From: Armatimonadota bacterium
GTDB lineage: Bacteria; Sysuimicrobiota; Sysuimicrobiia; Sysuimicrobiales; Kaftiobacteriaceae
NCBI GenBank assembly: GCA_037440005.1
Contig: JBBIUY010000007.1
Location: 37,222 to 101,221 of the forward strand
Direction of reading: 5' to 3'
DNA: 64,000 nucleotides
Within the stretch, counting starts at the first letter, position 1; every line of letters begins with the position of its first letter. Below, in pieces: positions 1 to 9,013 of the stretch. The notes under the pieces are model-generated. The model made no database searches. It saw only the letters and a list, made by a program, of their open reading frames with translations, and had not been told where the DNA came from. The position numbers were made by a program, and so were the translations under genes.

Positions 1-407
1 GTGGACCCCAGGATCACCACCGACCCCCGGGGCTCGCCGGTGCGCCGGTCGAACATGCGCACGGCCGTGATGTCGGAGACGTACAGCAGGTCCCCCGCCG
101 CCGCCATCCCCTTGGGGGCGTTGAGGCGCACGTCGGGGCGGGCGCCGTCAATCCACTTCAGGTCCAGGACCCGCCCGTCGGGGGCGACCCGGGAGATGAA
201 CCCGTTGTCGTCGGCCGCCGTGGGAGACCCGTTGATGTTGGAGACCAGGTAGACGTCGGCCCGGGCATCGTACAGGACCGACTCGGGCGTGGAGAATCCG
301 CCCACCCGGATCGGCGCCTCCGCCGGCGCCGTCTGCCCGGGGACGGAGGTCAGGACCGCCAGACCGGCCGCCAGCAGGCCGCAGGCCGCGACCAGGCGCA
401 CGTTCAT
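1..407 (-). CDS. Secreted beta-propeller protein (SMP-30/gluconolactonase-like), 3' end outside window
   Basis: Hand translation from ATG 407 (RBS GGAGGTG): signal peptide MNVRLVAACGLLAAGLAVL, then GFSTPESVLYD, YLVSNING, DNGFISR, LNAPKGM. Frame open to the window edge and absent from the ORF track. Confidence 0.75.
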   Translation of the reverse strand, partial: MNVRLVAACGLLAAGLAVLTSVPGQTAPAEAPIRVGGFSTPESVLYDARADVYLVSNINGSPTAADDNGFISRVAPDGRVLDLKWIDGARPDVRLNAPKGMAAAGDLLYVSDITAVRMFDRRTGEPRGSVVILGS

Positions 408-497
408 GGTCACACCTCCACCCGTGGGTCTGGGTGAGCAATTGCCTGCGCGGCCGGGGTATCCCTGCCCCCGGCGAGGGTCAGCGTCGGGCGGACG

Positions 498-527
498 GGG
501 CGGGGGCGGGCGTGCCCGCCCCCGCCC
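498..527. terminator. GC-rich hairpin after the acetamidase gene
   Basis: Perfect 14-nt inverted repeat gggcgggggcgggc/gcccgcccccgccc, no U-tract. Confidence 0.4.
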
Positions 528-533
528 GAAGGC

Positions 534-1460
534 TCACACGAAGATGGACCGCGGCAGGTAGGCGGAGACCACCCAGTTGGGAGCGTCCACCACCTCGCTG
601 ATCCGCAGGTCTACCGCCACGCTGCACAGGGCGTAGGCCATCTCCGGGGCGAGCCGGTACTCCCTGCCCAGGACGTCGATCATGTCCCGCACCGCGTCCT
701 TGGCCGCCCGCATCAGGTCCGGGCCGATGCCGGTGGTCACGTGGTAGCCCCGCTCGTCCACGGGCCGGGTGGGAGGGCCGGGGATGGCGAACTGCGGCCG
801 CCGCAGCCCCGCCTGGGGGCGCAGGCCAAAGCGCAGGGTGATCACCATGGGCGACTCCACCGCCGTCCCGCACACCTCCCCGTCGCCCTGGGCGGCGTGG
901 GTGTCGCCCACCGAAAACAGCGCTCCGGGGACCTGCACCGGCAGCCACAGGGTCGCGCCCCGGGTGAGGTCCCGGATGTCCATGTTCCCGCCCACCTCCC
1001 GCGGCGGCACCACCGAGTGCAGCCCGGGTTCCGCCGGAGCCACCCCGATGGTGCCGGGGAAGGGGCGCAGCGGCAGGCGGATGCCGGGGGCGAACTCCAC
1101 GCCCCCGGCTCCGTAGGTGCTGATGTGCAGGAAGGGGGTGGGGAAGTCCTCGGCCAGCAGCCCGAAGCCGGGGATGATGGCCGTCCAGCCCCACCCGCTG
1201 CCCTCCACGTCCAGGATCTCCACCTCCAGGGCGTCCCCCGGACGGGCGCCCTCCACGTAGATCGGCCCGGTGACCGGGTTCACCCGGGCGAAGTCCAGGG
1301 AGGCCACGTCGCCGGCGGTGGACGCCCGGGTCAGCTGGCCCCCGCTGGCGTCCACCACCTCGCACGTCACCACCTCCCCCGGCGCCACCCGCAGGACGGG
1401 CGGGTAGGCGTTGTTCCACCCGAAGTGGTGCTGCTGGCGGTGGATGGTTCGGTGGGTCAT
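534..1460 (-). CDS. Acetamidase/formamidase family protein
   Basis: MTHRTIH start overlaps the upstream stop. Motifs NPVTGPIYVEGARPGD, PREVGGNMD, GDTHAAQGDGEVCGTAVE. Confidence 0.92.
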   Translation of the reverse strand: MTHRTIHRQQHHFGWNNAYPPVLRVAPGEVVTCEVVDASGGQLTRASTAGDVASLDFARVNPVTGPIYVEGARPGDALEVEILDVEGSGWGWTAIIPGFGLLAEDFPTPFLHISTYGAGGVEFAPGIRLPLRPFPGTIGVAPAEPGLHSVVPPREVGGNMDIRDLTRGATLWLPVQVPGALFSVGDTHAAQGDGEVCGTAVESPMVITLRFGLRPQAGLRRPQFAIPGPPTRPVDERGYHVTTGIGPDLMRAAKDAVRDMIDVLGREYRLAPEMAYALCSVAVDLRISEVVDAPNWVVSAYLPRSIFV

Positions 1461-3076
1461 TTCACCACCCGCACCTCGTCGTAGTGCACCGGGATGTGGA
1501 TGGGGTCCACCCACAGGACCTCGGGCCCGCCCATGCGGGCCGAGTGCATGGTGTACCGCTTCTCGTGGAAGATGGGGATCCACGGCGCGTCGCTCATGAT
1601 GGCCCGGTAGATCTGCCGGAACCGCTCCTCCCGGGCGGCCGCCTGGGCGGGCTGCACCAGGGCGTCGGCCTGCTCCACCAGCTGTTCCACCTGCCGGTTG
1701 CAGTACCACGCCCAGTTCCAGGTGCCCGGCGCCAGGGCGGCGCAGGACAGGATGGGCCAGTAGAAGTCGTTGGGGTCGGGGTAGTCGGCGATCCACGCCA
1801 TGCCTCCCGACCAGATCAGCGGCGCCTGCCCCTTCTGCCCGCCGGCCTCGATGACGGTGCTCTGGGCCAGGGTCTTCAGCTCCGCCCGGACCCCGATGGC
1901 GGCCAGGTCCTGCTGGATGGCCTGGGCGATGCGCGGGTTGGGGTCGGTGTTGTTGGCGTACAGGACGGTGGCAAAGCCGTTGGGATAACCGGCCTCGGCC
2001 AGCAGCTTCTTGGCCTGCTCCCGGTCGAACGGGTAGCCCGTGTAGGACCTGTCGTACCCCGGCATCAGGGGCGGGAGGATCTGGGTGGCGGGGACCGCCC
2101 GGTTGTTGATGATGCGCACGATGCGCGCCTTGTCCACGGCCATGTTCAGGGCGCGGCGCACCCGCACGTCGGTGAGGGGGCTGACCTGGGTGTTGATGGT
2201 CACGTAGCCGGTGTGCAGCTGGTCGCCCACCGCCACCAGCCGGCGCAGGGTCGGGTCGTTCATCACCTTGACGAACTCGGCGGGCGGGATGCCGTCGCCC
2301 AGGACGTCCACCTCGCCCCGCTGCAGCTTCAGAAACGCCACGTTGGGCTCCACGCCCACCTGGAAGACGATCTCGTCCAGGTAGGGCCGGCCCCGCAGGA
2401 AATAATCCCGGTTGCGCACCAGGACCAGCCGCTGGCCCAGCACCCACTCCTTGACCCGGAAGGCGCCGGTCCCCACGGGCTTGTGGCCGAAGTCGGCCCC
2501 GGCCTTCTCCACCTCCTCCCGGGGCACCACGTGGGCGAAGTTGAGGGCCATGATGTGCAGGAAGGCGGCGTTGGGCTTGTCGAGGGTGATGGCGAGGGTG
2601 GAGCGGTCCACCACCCGGATGCCCGAGACTTCCTTGGCTTTGCCCTCGCTGAACGCCGCCGCCCCCGAGATCCCGCCGAAGAAGCCGGCGCCCGGGCTCT
2701 GGGTCTTGGGGTTGAGGACGCGCTCCAGGGAATACTTGAAGTCCTGGGCCGTGACCTCCCGGCCGTTGTGGAACTTCACGCCGCGGCGCAGCCGAAAGGT
2801 GTAGGTCTTGCCGTCGGCGGAGATGGCGTAGGACTCGGCCAGGTGGAGGGTCAGCTTGGTGGTCCCGGGCTCGTAGTCCATCAGCCCGTCGAAGATGGAC
2901 TTGATGATGGACCAGTTCTGCCAGTCGTAGCCGATGGCCGGGTCCAGGGTGCTCACGTCGTCCTTGAAGGTGACGACCATCGTGTTGCCCCGGGCCTGGC
3001 CGAACCCCGGCGGCGGCAGGCAGGCCAGGACCAGCGCCAGCCCCGCCACCGCCGCGGCGATGCCATACCGTCTCAT
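1457..3076 (-). CDS. ABC transporter substrate-binding protein, family 5 (Opp/Dpp-like)
   Basis: [11 protein letters not shown], signal peptide, TLDPA, YTFRLRRGVKFHNG, PVGTGAF, VRVRRALNMAVD. Confidence 0.93.
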   Translation of the reverse strand: MRRYGIAAAVAGLALVLACLPPPGFGQARGNTMVVTFKDDVSTLDPAIGYDWQNWSIIKSIFDGLMDYEPGTTKLTLHLAESYAISADGKTYTFRLRRGVKFHNGREVTAQDFKYSLERVLNPKTQSPGAGFFGGISGAAAFSEGKAKEVSGIRVVDRSTLAITLDKPNAAFLHIMALNFAHVVPREEVEKAGADFGHKPVGTGAFRVKEWVLGQRLVLVRNRDYFLRGRPYLDEIVFQVGVEPNVAFLKLQRGEVDVLGDGIPPAEFVKVMNDPTLRRLVAVGDQLHTGYVTINTQVSPLTDVRVRRALNMAVDKARIVRIINNRAVPATQILPPLMPGYDRSYTGYPFDREQAKKLLAEAGYPNGFATVLYANNTDPNPRIAQAIQQDLAAIGVRAELKTLAQSTVIEAGGQKGQAPLIWSGGMAWIADYPDPNDFYWPILSCAALAPGTWNWAWYCNRQVEQLVEQADALVQPAQAAAREERFRQIYRAIMSDAPWIPIFHEKRYTMHSARMGGPEVLWVDPIHIPVHYDEVRVVK

Positions 3077-3099
3077 GCGGTCACCTCCTCCGTGGAATG

Positions 3100-4020
3100 T
3101 CACCCGTACCGGATCTTGGGATCCAGCAGCGGGTACACCAGGTCTGCCAGCAGGTTGCCGGTGGTGATGGCCAGCGCCGAGACCACCACCACGCCCATGA
3201 TCACCGGGATGTCCACGATCTGGATGGCCTGCCAGGCCAGCTGGCCGATGCCCGGCCAGGAGAACACCGTCTCCACCACCACCACGCCGCCCATGAAGGT
3301 GCCGATGTCCAATCCCACCATGGACACCACGGGCAGCAGGGCGTTGCGCACCGCGTGCCGGAGGACGACCCGCGCCTCGGACAGCCCCTTGGCCCGGGCC
3401 GTGCGCACGTAGTCCTGGTGGATCACGTCCAGCATGGACGACCGCATCACCCGGGCGTACCACCCGCCCCCGGCGATGCCCAGGGCGAAGGCCGGCAGGA
3501 CGAGGTGGGCCGCCGTGCCGTAGCCGCCCAGGGGGAACAGGCCCCACCGGTAGGCCAGCCAGTACAGCAGGAACAGCCCCACCACGAACTGGGGGGCGGA
3601 CACGCCCACGAACGCGGCCACCATCACCAGCTGGTCCAGCCGGGACCGCCGGCGCAGCGCCGCCAGCATCCCCGCCGGCAGCCCGATGAGGAGCTCGAAG
3701 GCGATGCCGCCCACCATGAGCAGCGCGGTGGCCGGCAGCCGCGACCACAGCAGGTCGGCCACCTGGATCTTCTGGGCGTAGGAGCGGCCCAGGTCCCCCC
3801 GGACCAGCCGCCCCAGGTAGCGGGCGTACTGCACCGGAAGGGGCTGGTCCAGACCCAGTTCGGCCCGGATGCGCTGCACCGTGTCGGCGGTGGCGCTGCG
3901 GCCGGCGATCATCCGCGCCGGGTCGGCGGGCAGGGCGTACAGCAGGGCGAAGGTGATCGCCGTCACCCCCAGGAGGATCACCACCGACTGGGCCAGCCGG
4001 CGCACCAGATACGCGGCCAT
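3100..4020 (-). CDS. ABC transporter permease (OppB/DppB-like)
   Basis: MAAYLVRRL start, GLDQPL, DYVRTARAKGL EAA loop, VETVFSWPGIG. Confidence 0.93.
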   Translation of the reverse strand: MAAYLVRRLAQSVVILLGVTAITFALLYALPADPARMIAGRSATADTVQRIRAELGLDQPLPVQYARYLGRLVRGDLGRSYAQKIQVADLLWSRLPATALLMVGGIAFELLIGLPAGMLAALRRRSRLDQLVMVAAFVGVSAPQFVVGLFLLYWLAYRWGLFPLGGYGTAAHLVLPAFALGIAGGGWYARVMRSSMLDVIHQDYVRTARAKGLSEARVVLRHAVRNALLPVVSMVGLDIGTFMGGVVVVETVFSWPGIGQLAWQAIQIVDIPVIMGVVVVSALAITTGNLLADLVYPLLDPKIRYG

Positions 4021-4982
4021 CAGCGCCCCCTCATCTGCGGGTCCAGGGCGTCCCGCAGGGCGTCGCCCACCAGGTTGAACGACAGCGACGTGAGCAGGAT
4101 CGCCGCGCCCGGGAAGCCCACCAGCCAGGGGGCCTCCAGGAAGTAGGACTGGCTCTCGTTGATGGTCCCGCCCCAGCTGGGGGTGGGCGGCCGCACCCCG
4201 ACCCCCAGGAAGGACAGGGCCGCCTCGAACATGACGGTGGTGGAAATGCCCAGCGTGCCCCACACCAGCAGGGTGGGCAGCAGGTGGGGGAACAGGTGCC
4301 GGGCGAGGATGCGCCGGGTGGGCACGCCCAGGGCCCGGGCCGCCTCGATGAACTCCCGCTGGCCGATGGACAGCACCTGGCTGTAGATCACCCGGGCGAT
4401 CCACACCCAGTTGACCATGGCGATCACCAGGGCCACGATCCACAGGCTGGGACGCAGGATGGCCGCCAGGGCGATGGCCAGGATCAGGGCCGGAAACGCC
4501 ATCATCATGTCGGTGAACCGCATGAACGCGGTCCCCACCCACCCCCGGAAGTAGCCGGCCGCGGTCCCCAGCAGGGCGCCGATGGCCAGCGCGGCGCCGT
4601 TGGCCGCCACCCCGATCAGGAGGGTGATGCGGGCCCCGTAGATCAGCCGCGACAGCAGGTCCCGTCCCAGCAGGTCGGTGCCCAGCCAGAACCGGCCTCC
4701 CGGCGGCAGGGGGCGCCCCTCGGCGGTCAGGCCGTCGGTGAACTGCTGGGCCGGGTCGTAGGGGGCCAGCCAGGGCGCCAGGACGGCCACCGCGGTGACC
4801 ACCGTAATCACCCCGATGCCGAACAGCGCCGCCCGGTTGCGCCTGACCCGGCTCCACGGCGACGGCGGGACCCGCACCCGGGGGGCGGCGGCCCGGAGGG
4901 TACGCACCACATCCGATGGCGATGTGACCGCCGGCGGCGCTCCGGCCCGGCCGGAGGCGCCGCCGGCGGGACGGACGTTCAC
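4020..4982 (-). CDS. ABC transporter permease (OppC/DppC-like)
   Basis: WLGTDLLGRD, EFIEAARALG, EAALSFLGVG, PSWG. Exact start uncertain. Confidence 0.92.
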   Translation of the reverse strand: MNVRPAGGASGRAGAPPAVTSPSDVVRTLRAAAPRVRVPPSPWSRVRRNRAALFGIGVITVVTAVAVLAPWLAPYDPAQQFTDGLTAEGRPLPPGGRFWLGTDLLGRDLLSRLIYGARITLLIGVAANGAALAIGALLGTAAGYFRGWVGTAFMRFTDMMMAFPALILAIALAAILRPSLWIVALVIAMVNWVWIARVIYSQVLSIGQREFIEAARALGVPTRRILARHLFPHLLPTLLVWGTLGISTTVMFEAALSFLGVGVRPPTPSWGGTINESQSYFLEAPWLVGFPGAAILLTSLSFNLVGDALRDALDPQMRGR

Positions 4983-5130
4983 GCCTGCAGCGCTCCGATT
5001 CCGCGATGACGAATTGGCGTTTTAAATTAGGCTCCGGCCTCCCGCCCTCCTGCCGGACGCCGGCGCAGGGCTTGGGGGCGGGTGCGGCTAAACTGTTGTG
5101 TACGCACGATCACCAACGGGAGCGACGTCC

Positions 5131-6465
5131 ATGGATGCCCGCACGCTGGTCGCCACCGACCGCCAGGTCCTGATCCACCCGCTGCACCATCCCGCCGACC
5201 ACCAGGCCCCCATCCTCTTCGTGGAGGGGCGGGGCGCGGTGCTGCGCGACGCCGAGGGGCGCGAGTACCTGGACGGCCTGTCGTGCCTGTGGAACGTCAA
5301 CGCCGGCCACGGCCGGGCCGAGCTGGCCGAGGCCGCCGCTTCCCAGATGCGCAGGCTGGCCTACGCTTCCGCCTACGCCGGGTTCACCAACGAGCCGGCG
5401 GTGGAGCTGGCCCGCCGGGTGCTGGCGCGGGCGTACCCCAACCTGTCGGGGGTGTACTTCACCACCGGGGGCGCCGAGTCCAACGAGACGGTCTTCAAGA
5501 TCGCGCGGTACTACTGGCGCCGCCAGGGCCGGCCCACCAAGACCACCATCATCTCCCGGGTGCACGCCTACCACGGCGTGACCCTGGCGGCCATGAGCGC
5601 CACCGGCATGCCCTCCTTCCACGCCATGTTCCAGCCCCTGGTGCCGGGGTTCGTGCACGTGCTGCCGTCGTATCCCTACCGCTACCCGGGGTCGGGCGCC
5701 CAGGAGGTGGAGGACGCCATCCGCCGGCTGGGGCCGGACGCGGTGGCGGCGGTCATCGCCGAGCCGGTCATCGGCGCCGGCGGGGTGATCCCGCCCACCC
5801 CGGACTACTTCCCGGCCCTGCGGGAGATCTGCGACCGCTACGACGTGCTGCTGATCGCCGACGAGATCATCACCGGGTTCGGGCGGACCGGCCGGTGGTT
5901 CGCCCTGGAGCACTGGGGGGTGCAGCCGGACCTGGTGACCTTTGCCAAGGGCGTCACCAGCGCCTACCTCCCCCTGGGCGGGGTGATGGTGTCCCGCCGG
6001 ATCCACGAGGCCATCCTGTCGGCGCCGCCCCAGGAGCGGTTCATGCACGCCGCCACCTACTCGGGCCACCCCACCTGCTGCGCCGTGGGGGTGGCGACCA
6101 TGGACATCTACGAGCGGGAGCACCTCGTGGAGCGCGCGGCCGCCCTGGGCGCCCGGCTGGGGGAGCGGCTGCAGACCCTGCGGGACCTCCCCCTGGTGGG
6201 CGACGTCCGGGGATTGGGCCTGATGTGCGGCATCGAGCTCGTGACCGACAAGGAGGCCCGGACGCCGGCGGTGGGCGCGGGCGCGCGGGTGCTGGCCGAG
6301 GCGCGTCGGCGGGGGCTCATCACCCGCATCCGGGTGGGGCAGGCCGGGCCGCACCCCATCGGGGACACCATCTGCCTGGCGCCGCCGTTCGTCACCACCG
6401 AGGCCCAGGTGGACCAGATGGTCGAGATCCTGCGGGAGTCCATCCTGGCCGTCGCGGCCTCGTGA
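5131..6465 (+). CDS. Class III (omega) PLP aminotransferase
   Basis: YLDGLSCLW, GGAESNE, AYHG, IADEIITGFGRTG, FAKGVTSAYLP (PLP Lys), ATYSGHP. Confidence 0.93.
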   Translation: MDARTLVATDRQVLIHPLHHPADHQAPILFVEGRGAVLRDAEGREYLDGLSCLWNVNAGHGRAELAEAAASQMRRLAYASAYAGFTNEPAVELARRVLARAYPNLSGVYFTTGGAESNETVFKIARYYWRRQGRPTKTTIISRVHAYHGVTLAAMSATGMPSFHAMFQPLVPGFVHVLPSYPYRYPGSGAQEVEDAIRRLGPDAVAAVIAEPVIGAGGVIPPTPDYFPALREICDRYDVLLIADEIITGFGRTGRWFALEHWGVQPDLVTFAKGVTSAYLPLGGVMVSRRIHEAILSAPPQERFMHAATYSGHPTCCAVGVATMDIYEREHLVERAAALGARLGERLQTLRDLPLVGDVRGLGLMCGIELVTDKEARTPAVGAGARVLAEARRRGLITRIRVGQAGPHPIGDTICLAPPFVTTEAQVDQMVEILRESILAVAAS

Positions 6466-7244
6466 GCGGTCGGGTCGTTGTTGTCACCGGCGCCAGCTCC
6501 GGCATCGGCGCCGCCGCTGCCCGAGCGTTTGGAGCCCGCGGGGACCGGGTGGTGCTGGTGGCGCGGCGCGCGGACCGCCTCCGGGAGGTGGCCGCCGCCC
6601 TGCCCGACGCCCTGGTGGTCCCGGCGGACCTGACCGATCTGGACGCTCCCGCCCGGGTGGTGGAGGCGGCCGCGGCCCGCTACGGCCGCATCGACGTCCT
6701 GGTCAACAACGCCGGCGTGGGCCGCTACAACTGGGTGGACCTGCTGGACCCCCGCGAGGTCCGGGACGAGGTGGCCACCAACCTGATCGCCCCCATCCTG
6801 GTGACCCGCGCCGCCGTCCCGGTGATGCGGCGCCCGGGGGGCGTGGTGATCAACGTCTCCTCGGTGGCGGGGCTGCTGGCGGTGCCCACTACGTCGGTGT
6901 ACAACGCCACCAAGTTCGGCCTGCGGGGGCTGACCGAAGCTTTGCGGCGGGAACTGGCCCCCCAGGGCATCGCGGTGTGCGGCCTGTACCCCAGCACGGT
7001 GGAGGGGACCGAGTTCCGGCGGGACCGCCGCCCCGGCACCGGCTACCTGATGCCCCGCCGGTTGCGCCTGACCACCGCGCAGGTGGCGCGGGCGATCGTG
7101 GACCTGGCCGACCGCCCGCGGCGGATGGTGGTGATGCCGCGCATCTTCTGGGTGGCGGTGGTCCTTAACGCCCTGGCGCCCGGCCTGCTGGACCGGCTGG
7201 CGGCCCGGGCGGTGCGCCGGCTGAGGCCCGAGGCGTGCGCGTAA
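6462..7244 (+). CDS. Short-chain dehydrogenase/reductase (SDR)
   Basis: GTG overlaps the upstream stop. TGASSGIG, NNAG, NVSS, YNATK. Confidence 0.92.
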   Translation: MSGRVVVVTGASSGIGAAAARAFGARGDRVVLVARRADRLREVAAALPDALVVPADLTDLDAPARVVEAAAARYGRIDVLVNNAGVGRYNWVDLLDPREVRDEVATNLIAPILVTRAAVPVMRRPGGVVINVSSVAGLLAVPTTSVYNATKFGLRGLTEALRRELAPQGIAVCGLYPSTVEGTEFRRDRRPGTGYLMPRRLRLTTAQVARAIVDLADRPRRMVVMPRIFWVAVVLNALAPGLLDRLAARAVRRLRPEACA

Positions 7245-7274
7245 ACCCTGGAGACGCTTCCGACCCGCGCCGGA

Positions 7275-8987
7275 TCAGGGCGGCGGGCCGCCGGGACGCG
7301 GTGCTCCCGCCCTCCGACGGGCCAGGCGGACGGCGCCGTAGCCCGCCAGGGCCGGCAGCGGCGCCGCCGGTCCCAGGAGGCCCACCGGGACCAGCTGGAG
7401 CAGGTCGAGGTAGTACTTGAACCCCAGCCGCAGGTCGGGCAGGTACCAGGGGAACCGCACGCCCCACAGCCACACGAAGTACGCCACCTGCGCCGCCAGG
7501 GCGGCGGCCGTCAGGGCGGCGGCGTCCAGGCCCGCCCGCGCCGCCCGTCCGGCGGGTCCGCGGCTGCAGATCCCCGCCGTCACCGCCGCCGCGGCCAGGC
7601 CGACGACCGCGTCCACGGTGCGGGCGGCGAAAAAGGCCAGGATCTGGCCTTCGGTGTTGAACACGCTCAGCGACCACCTGAACCCCCGGCCGAAGAACAG
7701 CCCCAGGACCACCAGGAAGTAGACGGCCGCGCCCGCGGCGGCCGCGGCCAGGGTGCGGCGGCGGAAGGCCCACAGGGCATAGAGACCTCCGACGAGCAGG
7801 GTCCCGGCCACCAGGGGGAGGCGGCGCGCCCGCTCGGCGGCCAGGCGCCCGCGGGCCACGTCCTGCGCATGCGCCCACAGGGCGCGCTGGACCGCCGGCA
7901 CGTCCTGCGGGTCCGGCTGCGCGTCCGCGGCAGGCCCCGGACCGGCGCCCAGCCGGCGGGCGTACAGGTCCGCCAGCGCCTTCTGCTGCGCCGCCCACCC
8001 CCGCACGGCGGGCCGGAGGTCCCCGTCCAGAGCCTCGACCAGCGGCCGGCCCGCGCTGTGGGCGGGGACGGGGATGCCCAGCAGGGCGGCGACCGTGGGT
8101 GCGATGTCCACCTGGCTGACCTCGGGCCCCGTGGTGCCCGGGCGGATCCCCTGGCCGGCCAGGACCAGGGGGACCTTCCTGACCTCCGGCTCCCACCCTC
8201 CGTGTCCCCCGCGGTCGGTGTGTCCGTGGTCGGCGGTGACGATCAGGACGTCGCCCGGCCCCAAGGCCCGCGCCAGCGCGCCCAGGTGTTCGTCCACCCT
8301 CCGGACCGCCTCGGCGTACACCGGGCTGGCGGCGCCGAAGCTGTGGCCGGCCACGTCCGGGCCGGGAAAGTGCACCACGACCAGGCGCGCGGACGTGGCC
8401 AGGAGGCCGAGCGCCGCAGAGGCCACCGCCCCATCGGATCGATACAGCCCTTCGGTGTCTCCGTAGTCGGGGTCGGGGACCTCGCGCACCTCGTCCACCC
8501 AGGGGCCGAAGAGCTGGCTCCATCCGGGAGTGCCGGCCACCGCCGTCCGCACGCCCGAGCGGCGGGCTGAGGCGAACAGGCTGTCCACCCGGACCGGTCC
8601 CCGGTACCAGTTCGTGGTGACGCCGCTGACCGCCTGGGGAGCGCCGGTGAGGATGGCGGTCCACCCGGGAAGGGAGAGGGACGGCTCCCCCGTCCACGCC
8701 ACGAAGCCGGCGCCGCGGGACCGCAGGGCATTCAGAGCAGGCATCCGTCTGGACGCGTCGTCCCGCAGGCCGTCCACCACCACCACGACAGCCCGGCGAA
8801 CGAGCGGCGGGCCGGCCGGCGCGGAGGGGAGGGGGATGGCAAACGGGGTCGGGTAGGAGACGACGGCGGTCCAGCCGACTTCGGCCAGCCGTCGGGCGGC
8901 GTACCCGCTCGCAACCAGGAAGACGGCCACCGCCACGGCCGCCAGGGCCTGGCTCGGGTTGCGGAACGCGCGACGGCGAGGTTCCAC
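7275..8987 (-). CDS. Membrane-anchored alkaline phosphatase superfamily enzyme (phosphodiesterase or phosphoethanolamine-transferase-like)
   Basis: N-terminal TM, VVDGLRDD, PSLSLPGW, HFPGPDVAGH, TADHG, GGHGG, QVDIAPT, several C-terminal TMs. GTG 8987 start is inferred. Confidence 0.8.
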   Translation of the reverse strand: MEPRRRAFRNPSQALAAVAVAVFLVASGYAARRLAEVGWTAVVSYPTPFAIPLPSAPAGPPLVRRAVVVVVDGLRDDASRRMPALNALRSRGAGFVAWTGEPSLSLPGWTAILTGAPQAVSGVTTNWYRGPVRVDSLFASARRSGVRTAVAGTPGWSQLFGPWVDEVREVPDPDYGDTEGLYRSDGAVASAALGLLATSARLVVVHFPGPDVAGHSFGAASPVYAEAVRRVDEHLGALARALGPGDVLIVTADHGHTDRGGHGGWEPEVRKVPLVLAGQGIRPGTTGPEVSQVDIAPTVAALLGIPVPAHSAGRPLVEALDGDLRPAVRGWAAQQKALADLYARRLGAGPGPAADAQPDPQDVPAVQRALWAHAQDVARGRLAAERARRLPLVAGTLLVGGLYALWAFRRRTLAAAAAGAAVYFLVVLGLFFGRGFRWSLSVFNTEGQILAFFAARTVDAVVGLAAAAVTAGICSRGPAGRAARAGLDAAALTAAALAAQVAYFVWLWGVRFPWYLPDLRLGFKYYLDLLQLVPVGLLGPAAPLPALAGYGAVRLARRRAGAPRPGGPPP

Positions 8988-9013
8988 CGGCCGCTTCTCT
9001 GTTCTCCGCCCGC

